Positions 1-5,109 of a stretch of DNA of 7,560 nt are shown piece after piece; the stretch's first letter is position 1, and every line of letters begins with the position of its first letter. The DNA comes from a virus (lineage: Duplodnaviria; Heunggongvirae; Uroviricota; Caudoviricetes). The stretch lies in IMG/VR virus record IMGVR_UViG_2541047943_000002, positions 1-7,560 of that record; one strand, given 5' to 3'. The notes beneath the pieces are model-generated. The model ran no database searches. It was given only the letters and a program-made list of their open reading frames with translations, and was not told where the DNA came from. The position numbers were made by a program, and so were the translations under genes.

Positions 1-24
1 ATCGTTAAGCCGGGCCGTGAATCC

Positions 25-1011
25 ATGCCGGTATTCCACAATACCCGGGTACTGGTGGAGCCGGAACCGAAAAGCATGCGTAATCTGCCGTCCGGAGTCG
101 TTCCTGCCGTTCGACAGCCGCTGGCAGAGGATAAAATATTACTGCCATTTTTCAGCAACGAACGGGTGATTCGTGCTGCGGGTGGCGCTGGTGCACTGTC
201 TGACTGGTTATTACGTCACGTGAAATCCTGCCAGTGGCCACACGGTGATTATCATCACAGCGAAACCGTCATTCACCGTTACAGTACCGGCGCGATGGTG
301 TTGTGCTGGCACTGTGACAACCAGCTGCGCGACCAGACATCAGAATCACTCGATCAACTTGCTCAGCAGAATCTGGTTGCCTGGATGATTGACGTCATCC
401 GTCACGCAATAAGCGGTACGCAGGAGAGGGAGTTATCGCTGGCCGAATTATCCTGGTGGGCGGCCTGCAATCAGGTGGTGGATGCACTACCTGAGGCAGT
501 AGCGCGTCGTTCGCTGGGATTACCGGTGGAAAAAATCCGCTCCGTATACCGTGAGAGTGACATCGTACCGGGAGAACAGACAGCCATCAGCATACTGAAG
601 CAGCGCACAAAAAATATTGCGCTGCCACTTCACGTCCACCAGCAACAGCCCCCACCCCAGGAAAAGACGTTAGTAAGCATCGCCGTTGATCCGGAGTCTC
701 CGGCTCAGTACCTCCAGCGCCAGAAACCACAACGGGAAGAGATGCCTGTATACACGCGCTGGGTAAAAACGCAGAAATGCATGACGTGTGGCAATCAGGC
801 AGATGATCCGCATCACATCATTGGTCATGGACTGGGAGGGATGGGAACAAAGGCTGACGATTTGTTTGTTATTCCGCTGTGTCGTAAATGCCATAACGAA
901 CTACACGCCGGGGTAAAAGATTTTGAAGAAAAACACGGTAGTCAGTTGTTGTTGCTGATTCGTTTTTTAATGCACGCGAGAAATTCGGGTGTTCTGAAGT
1001 GGAAAGCATAA
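25..1011 (+). CDS. DUF968-family prophage protein (YdfU-like) with C-terminal Cys/His HNH-like zinc motif; probably 5'-truncated by the window edge
   Basis: 328-aa ORF; the frame is open upstream of the first ATG back to position 1 and there is no Shine-Dalgarno before 25, so the real start is probably upstream of the window. C-terminus carries CMTCGN...DPHHIIGHG...CRKCHNELH (CxxC...HH...CxxC-H...H). Immediately followed by rusA (TAA-ATG junction at 1009-1014). Family assignment is from memory. Confidence 0.7.
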   Translation: MPVFHNTRVLVEPEPKSMRNLPSGVVPAVRQPLAEDKILLPFFSNERVIRAAGGAGALSDWLLRHVKSCQWPHGDYHHSETVIHRYSTGAMVLCWHCDNQLRDQTSESLDQLAQQNLVAWMIDVIRHAISGTQERELSLAELSWWAACNQVVDALPEAVARRSLGLPVEKIRSVYRESDIVPGEQTAISILKQRTKNIALPLHVHQQQPPPQEKTLVSIAVDPESPAQYLQRQKPQREEMPVYTRWVKTQKCMTCGNQADDPHHIIGHGLGGMGTKADDLFVIPLCRKCHNELHAGVKDFEEKHGSQLLLLIRFLMHARNSGVLKWKA

Positions 1012-1392
1012 ATGACCGAACGCATAGAATTTGTTTTGCCTTACCCGCCGACGGTGAACACTTACTGGCGACGCCGTGGCAGCACATATTTTGTATCAAA
1101 AGCCGGGGAGCGTTATCGCCGGGCAGTGGCGCTTATTGTTCGCCAGCAGCGCTTGAAATTAAGCCTGTCCGGACGGTTGGCAATAAAAATTATTGCAGAA
1201 CCACCGGATAAGCGCCGCCGTGACCTGGACAATATTCTGAAAGCACCGCTGGATGCGCTGACGCATGCGGGGTTGCTAATGGACGATGAGCAGTTTGATG
1301 AAATCAATATCGTTCGTGTTCAGCCAGTATCTGGTGGACGTCTGGGGGTGAAGATTTACCCCATAATGCTTGAAGGGCAGGTCAAAAAATGA
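1012..1392 (+). CDS. rusA: Crossover-junction endodeoxyribonuclease RusA (Holliday junction resolvase)
   Basis: 126-aa translation has the RusA hallmarks: N-terminal LPYPPTVNTYWRRRG and the catalytic-region motif DKRRRDLDNILKAPLDALTHAGL. GGAAAG Shine-Dalgarno 6 nt upstream of the ATG; stop overlaps the next start (ATGA at 1389-1392). Confidence 0.88.
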   Translation: MTERIEFVLPYPPTVNTYWRRRGSTYFVSKAGERYRRAVALIVRQQRLKLSLSGRLAIKIIAEPPDKRRRDLDNILKAPLDALTHAGLLMDDEQFDEINIVRVQPVSGGRLGVKIYPIMLEGQVKK

Positions 1393-2210
1393 AACTGGAA
1401 GATTTACCGAAATACTACTCCCCAAAATCCCCCGGCCTGACTGATGCATCGGCCTCAACGTCGAAAGATGCGCTGAGTATCACTGATGTGATGGCCGCGC
1501 AGGGCATGACACAGAATCGGGCTGAGATGGGGTTTTCTGCGTTCCTTGGGAAAATGGGCATTAGTATGAATGACAGAGAGCGGGCAACAGAATTGCTGAC
1601 AGAATATGCACTCAGTCGGTGTGATCGCATGGCGGCGTTAAGAAAACTCCCGGCAGAAATAAAACCGGCAGTGATGCGTATTATGGCTTCGTATGCGTTT
1701 GAAGATTATGCCCGTAGCGCGGCGAGCAAAAAACAGTGCCCCTGCTGTCACGGAAAAAAATTTATTGAAAGCGAGGTTTTTACAAACAAGATCCAGTATC
1801 CGGATGGTAAGCCGCCAGTGTGGGCAAAGTGCACAAAAGGCGTGTATCCGTCTTACTGGGAGGAATGGAAAAAAGTCAGGGAGGTGGTCAAAGTTGCCTG
1901 TCCGGACTGTGGAGGGAAGGGAGAGGTATCCACTGCCTGTAAAGATTGTCGTGGGCGCGGTGTTGCCATTCATCGTGAAGAGTCTGAAAAACAGGGTGTG
2001 CCGGTTTTCAGAAACTGTCAGCGTTGTGGTGGGCGTGGCTATGAAAGATTACCTTCAACGGAGGCATTTAATGCCATATGTAATGTAACCGATGCCATAT
2101 CTCTTGATACATGGAAAAAAACAGTTAAACGTTTTTACGATACGCTGGTGGTGCAGTTTGATATTGAAGAAGCATGGGCAGAACAACAACTGAAAAAGGT
2201 GACCAGATAG
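1389..2210 (+). CDS. Q-like late-gene antitermination protein with four CxxCxGxG (DnaJ-type) zinc-finger repeats
   Basis: 273-aa ORF translationally coupled to rusA. Position (after rusA, immediately before a promoter plus intrinsic terminator) matches Q of lambdoid phages. Repeats CPCCHGKK, CPDCGGKG, CKDCRGRG, CQRCGGRG are visible in the translation. Q-family membership is inferred from context and recollection, not from a search. Confidence 0.6.
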   Translation: MKLEDLPKYYSPKSPGLTDASASTSKDALSITDVMAAQGMTQNRAEMGFSAFLGKMGISMNDRERATELLTEYALSRCDRMAALRKLPAEIKPAVMRIMASYAFEDYARSAASKKQCPCCHGKKFIESEVFTNKIQYPDGKPPVWAKCTKGVYPSYWEEWKKVREVVKVACPDCGGKGEVSTACKDCRGRGVAIHREESEKQGVPVFRNCQRCGGRGYERLPSTEAFNAICNVTDAISLDTWKKTVKRFYDTLVVQFDIEEAWAEQQLKKVTR

Positions 2211-2212
2211 CT

Positions 2213-2243
2213 TTGTTGATTTTTCCCGAATCTGTGGTAAATT
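2213..2243 (+). promoter_or_regulatory. pR'-like late promoter (-35 TTGATT 2216-2221, 16-bp spacer, extended -10 TGgTAAATT 2235-2243)
   Basis: Sigma70-like hexamers with correct spacing and a TG at -15/-14, lying directly after the Q-like gene and about 50 nt before an intrinsic terminator. This is the geometry expected for a Q-modified late promoter and its tR'. Confidence 0.5.
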
Positions 2244-2292
2244 TGCCCTAACGATGGGCGTTTTATGCCTGACGTTAGAAGATTTTTTACAC

Positions 2293-2315
2293 CCCGCCGC
2301 CTGGCGGGTTTTTTA
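2293..2315 (+). terminator. tR'-like intrinsic terminator (CCCGCC-gcct-GGCGGG + TTTTTTA)
   Basis: Perfect 6-bp GC stem with a 4-nt loop followed by a 6-T run. A 17-codon mini-ORF (2265-2318) with tandem AGA-AGA codons runs through it. Confidence 0.75.
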
Positions 2316-2436
2316 TGACTGAAATCGCGTCAGTACAGTAAACGCGCTGGTGGTTGCGAATACGGGTCTTTCAGCTTGCTGGCTTTTTCGACAAGAGTTA
2401 TTGGTATGTCACGTTAACCGGAAAAGGGAAAAAGAC

Positions 2437-2634
2437 ATGCTAAAACAGCAGGATATGACAGAAACCGCCAGAGTGGTGTTTAATGAATTAAGCGTTACCG
2501 ACCCGGCGACAGTCGGGGAGATTGCGCAGAATACTTACCTTTCACGTGAACGCTGCCAGTTAATACTGACCCAGCTTGTTATGGCGGGGCTGGCAGACTA
2601 TCAGTTCGGTTGTTACAGACGCCTTCAGTCCTGA
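2437..2634 (+). CDS. Small (65 aa) putative winged-helix DNA-binding protein
   Basis: ATG at 2437 is preceded by AAGGGA 8-9 nt upstream. The motif TVGEIAQNTYLSRERCQLILTQLVMAGL looks like an HTH recognition helix. The stop codon lies inside a strong intrinsic terminator. The longer track ORF from 2350 has no ribosome-binding site and is rejected. Confidence 0.5.
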   Translation: MLKQQDMTETARVVFNELSVTDPATVGEIAQNTYLSRERCQLILTQLVMAGLADYQFGCYRRLQS

Positions 2635-2648
2635 AGGCTTTTTTATTT
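2621..2648 (+). terminator. Intrinsic terminator (GCCTTCA-gtcc-TGAAGGC + TTTTTTATTT)
   Basis: 7-bp stem, 4-nt loop and T-run directly after the small ORF. Confidence 0.75.
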
Positions 2649-2658
2649 GTGGTAAATG
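2648..2658 (+). promoter_or_regulatory. Second copy of the TGTGGTAAAT extended -10-like element, upstream of the methyltransferase gene
   Basis: The 10-mer TGTGGTAAAT at 2648-2657 is identical to the pR'-like -10 region at 2233-2242. No good -35 is present, but extended -10 promoters can work without one. Confidence 0.3.
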
Positions 2659-2784
2659 GGCGGCTGGTGGGTGTTAGGGGCACTCACCAGCCATCTGCTC
2701 ATGCGTCCGGATCACAAGCAAACCTCAGGCCCACTGCTTTGCGCAAAAGCAGAATGAGCCTATCAGAGACAGGCTTAATGATCC

Positions 2785-3843
2785 ATGCTTAGTACTGTAA
2801 AAATATCCAGTTGTGAGTTAATCAACGCCGACTGCCTGGAATTTATCCGGTCGTTACCCGAAAATTCTGTTGACCTGATAGTCACGGACCCGCCGTACTT
2901 TAAAGTGAAGCCTGAGGGCTGGGATAACCAGTGGAAGGGCGACGATGATTACCTGAAGTGGCTGGACCAGTGTCTGGCGCAGTTCTGGCGGGTGCTGAAA
3001 CCTGCCGGAAGTCTTTACCTGTTCTGTGGCCATCGCCTGGCGTCTGATATCGAAATCATGATGCGTGAACGCTTCAGTGTGCTGAACCATATTATCTGGG
3101 CGAAGCCGTCCGGACGCTGGAACGGATGCAACAAGGAAAGCCTGCGGGCGTATTTCCCCGCCACAGAGCGCATTCTGTTCGCGGAACATTATCAGGGGCC
3201 GTATCGTCCGAAAGATGCCGGGTATGCGGCGAAGGGCAGTGCACTGAAACAGCATGTGATGGCCCCGCTGATTTCTTACTTTCGTGATGCGCGTGCTGCC
3301 CTGGGGATAACGGCAAAACAGATTGCTGATGCCACAGGAAAGAAAAACATGGTGTCGCACTGGTTCAGTGCCAGCCAGTGGCAGCTACCGGACGAAAGCG
3401 ATTATCTGAAATTACAGGCGCTGTTTGCCCGGGTGGCAGAAGATAAGCATCAGCGCGGAGAACTGGAAAAGCCACATCACCAACTGGTCAGCACATACAG
3501 TGAACTGAACCGGCAGTATACGGAACTGCAGAGTGAATATAAGCATCTGCGGCGGTATTTTGGTGTGACGGTGCAGGTGCCGTACACCGATGTGTGGACG
3601 CATAAACCGGTGCAGTACTATCCCGGGAAACATCCGTGCGAAAAACCGGCAGAAATGCTGCAGCAGATAATCAGCGCTAGCAGTCGTCCGGGTGACCTGA
3701 TTGCAGATTTTTTCATGGGGTCGGGTTCGACAGTGAAAGCGGCACTGGCGCTCGGGCGTCGTGCAACTGGCGTTGAGCTGGAGACTGAACGTTTTGAGCA
3801 GACGGTTCGGGAAGTACAGGATTTAGTCAGCCAGAACGGATGA
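2785..3843 (+). CDS. Beta-class DNA amino-methyltransferase (N6-adenine or N4-cytosine); apparently orphan
   Basis: 352-aa ORF with catalytic motif IV DPPY (VTDPPYF) near the N-terminus and the AdoMet-binding motif I FxGxG (DFFMGSGST) near the C-terminus, which is the beta-class order. No restriction endonuclease partner is in the window. Confidence 0.85.
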   Translation: MLSTVKISSCELINADCLEFIRSLPENSVDLIVTDPPYFKVKPEGWDNQWKGDDDYLKWLDQCLAQFWRVLKPAGSLYLFCGHRLASDIEIMMRERFSVLNHIIWAKPSGRWNGCNKESLRAYFPATERILFAEHYQGPYRPKDAGYAAKGSALKQHVMAPLISYFRDARAALGITAKQIADATGKKNMVSHWFSASQWQLPDESDYLKLQALFARVAEDKHQRGELEKPHHQLVSTYSELNRQYTELQSEYKHLRRYFGVTVQVPYTDVWTHKPVQYYPGKHPCEKPAEMLQQIISASSRPGDLIADFFMGSGSTVKAALALGRRATGVELETERFEQTVREVQDLVSQNG

Positions 3844-3883
3844 TATTGAAGAATTAATTACGCGTCGTTATTATGCGGCTCCC

Positions 3884-3959
3884 GGCCCTTTAGCTCAGTG
3901 GTGAGAGCGAGCGACTCATAATCGCCAGGTCGCTGGTTCAAATCCAGCAAGGGCCACCA
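3884..3959 (+). tRNA. ileZ: tRNA-Ile2 (anticodon CAU, ileX/ileZ-like; Met cannot be excluded from sequence alone)
   Basis: 76-nt cloverleaf: acceptor GGCCCTT/AAGGGCC, D-arm GCTC-AGTGGTGA-GAGC, anticodon loop CTCATAA, T-arm GCTGG-TTCAAAT-CCAGC, encoded CCA. Very close to E. coli ileX as I remember it. Gene symbol follows Stx-phage convention. Confidence 0.85.
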
Positions 3960-3968
3960 TATCACATA

Positions 3969-4045
3969 CCGCCATTAGCTCATCAGGATAGAGCGCCAGC
4001 TTTCGAAGCTGGTTGCGCGGAGTTCGGGTCCCCGAAGGCGGTCCA
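3969..4045 (+). tRNA. argN: tRNA-Arg (anticodon UCG), non-canonical features
   Basis: 77-nt cloverleaf with D-arm GCTC-ATCAGGATA-GAGC, anticodon stem CCAGC/GCTGG, loop TTTCGAA, T-loop TTCGGGT and encoded CCA. It has C1-G72, an A6/A67 mismatch, an A52/C62 mismatch and U73. Symbol assumed from the ileZ-argN-argO convention. Confidence 0.65.
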
Positions 4046-4058
4046 TTATCTGTATCCT

Positions 4059-4135
4059 GCGTTGTTAGCTCAGCCGGACAGAGCAATTGCCTTCTAAGCA
4101 ATCGGTCACTGGTTCGAATCCAGTACAACGCGCCA
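4059..4135 (+). tRNA. argO: tRNA-Arg (anticodon UCU, argU-like)
   Basis: 77-nt cloverleaf: perfect acceptor stem GCGTTGT/ACAACGC, anticodon loop CTTCTAA, T-arm ACTGG-TTCGAAT-CCAGT, G73, encoded CCA. Confidence 0.88.
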
Positions 4136-4179
4136 CACTTATTTTCCCTGGCTCGCTTTTGCGGGCTTTTTTTAAATGT

Positions 4180-4395
4180 CTCACAATTCAGGCGGTTGAC
4201 TGTTGTCTGGTTTGCGGGGAGTTTGTTAAAAGAAACTGGCATGGTGAATCCCCCTGTGCGGAGGGGCAATCAGCGAGTAGGTATATGGGATAATCGCGGA
4301 TTCAGGTGCTGGTACTGAATTCACCGGGAGGCACCCGGCACCATGCAATGGCACATAGCGCCACTCTCCAGCCCCTCTCCGGAGGGGCTTTTCTG
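4180..4395 (+). repeat. Tandem structured non-coding module, copy A (candidate sRNA / attenuator unit)
   Basis: Shares four conserved blocks with copy B: CTCACAATTCAG, GCATGGTGAATCCCCCTG(t/a)GCGGAGGGGC, CTGAA(t/c)TCACCGGGAGGCACCCGGCACCATG and AGCCCCTCTCCGGAGGGGCTTT. These are separated by non-homologous spacers. Ends in an intrinsic terminator. Confidence 0.6.
4372..4395 (+). terminator. Intrinsic terminator of module A (GCCCCTC-tccg-GAGGGGC + TTTTCT)
   Basis: 7-bp GC-rich stem, tetraloop and T-rich tail. Confidence 0.7.
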
Positions 4396-4583
4396 TGCCG
4401 GATACATCACAGTTTCTGGAACCTTAGGTACTACAGTATCAGTCAGGGTGCTATATTTTCAGATGTGATGAAAGCCTGTCAGCAGGCAGGGCGTATCGGA
4501 AATGACCCAGTAGAGAAAACGTTGACTCAGATACCGGTGCTGAGTTACCGGGAAACCGGCATCACATGACCGCTATCCTTCCA

Positions 4584-4610
4584 GGCCCATCCGCTCCGGT
4601 GGGCCTTTTT
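4584..4610 (+). terminator. Intrinsic terminator in the inter-module spacer (GGCCCATC ... GGTGGGCC + TTTTTA)
   Basis: 8-bp stem (one G-U pair), 6-nt loop and 5-T run. Sits 17 nt after the stop of a 33-codon ORF (4466-4567). Confidence 0.65.
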
Positions 4611-4646
4611 ACTGCAGAAAACAGGTTCCCCGTTAAATGCTATGTT

Positions 4647-4880
4647 GCTCACAATTCAGTAAGTTGACAGTTGCCTGTCAGACTGGGCATTTGTTAAAAA
4701 AATTTCGCATGGTGAATCCCCCTGAGCGGAGGGGCGACTGGTGACGGTATAATCTCTGATTATCAAAACGAGAATGACGCGGGTTTAGTGGCACCGGGCT
4801 GAACTCACCGGGAGGCACCCGGCACCATGTGCATGATGATACAGATACGCGGCTTTAGCCCCTCTCCGGAGGGGCTTTCT
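4647..4880 (+). repeat. Tandem structured non-coding module, copy B (candidate sRNA / attenuator unit)
   Basis: Same four conserved blocks as copy A; contains a perfect TATAAT at 4748-4753 in its variable centre; ends in an identical terminator. Confidence 0.6.
4858..4880 (+). terminator. Intrinsic terminator of module B (GCCCCTC-tccg-GAGGGGC + TTTCTTAT)
   Basis: Identical stem-loop to the module A terminator, followed by a T-rich tail. Confidence 0.7.
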
Positions 4881-5109
4881 TATGGACAAAAAAAGCCCGC
4901 GCTGGGAGACGCGGGCGGCAAGGAATAAACAATAAAACGTGAAGTAATATTTCAGCTGGCGAATAATACCCTATAGTAATCACTCTGCGCAACTGCGCGG
5001 TCTTTTTCGAATTGCGGGCTGTAGTCTCCCTTCTGCCATTGTCCTGTAACTTCCGGACTTCAGCCTGCTCCTTATCTGACTCACAACATTATCCCGCCCG
5101 GGAGGATTC

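Noticed and set aside
999-1458. Overlapping track ORFs 999-1211 (plus) and 1113-1307 / 1276-1458 (minus) around rusA
   Set aside because: They are out of frame with or antisense to the RusA coding sequence, which has recognisable family motifs.
2350-2634. 94-aa version of the small ORF starting at 2350
   Set aside because: No ribosome-binding site at 2350, whereas the internal ATG at 2437 has AAGGGA at correct spacing; the N-terminal extension is probably untranslated.
2610-2792. 60-aa track ORF between the small ORF and the methyltransferase
   Set aside because: It starts inside the terminator hairpin, spans the structured 5' UTR, has no ribosome-binding site, and overlaps the methyltransferase start out of frame.
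2854-3633. Minus-strand track ORFs inside the methyltransferase gene (2854-3360, 3092-3316, 3412-3633)
   Set aside because: They are antisense to a well-supported coding sequence with clear methyltransferase motifs.
3916-4318. Track ORFs overlapping the tRNA cluster (3916-4269 minus strand, 4013-4318 and 4087-4293 plus strand)
   Set aside because: They run through or antisense to three well-formed tRNA cloverleaves, have no ribosome-binding sites, and are low-complexity translations of structured RNA.
4306-4569. 87-aa track ORF across module A and the spacer
   Set aside because: It needs a GTG start without a Shine-Dalgarno, reads straight through the module A intrinsic terminator, and is not conserved in the homologous module B.
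4180-4880. Possibility that the tandem repeats are a CRISPR array
   Set aside because: The repeat unit is about 220 bp with internal variable segments, not 28-37-bp direct repeats separated by unique spacers, and there are no cas genes.
4136-5109. Shiga toxin genes stxA/stxB at their canonical position
   Set aside because: The slot has no ORF of the size of StxA (about 319 aa) or StxB (about 89 aa); the only ORFs are short and terminator-overlapping.
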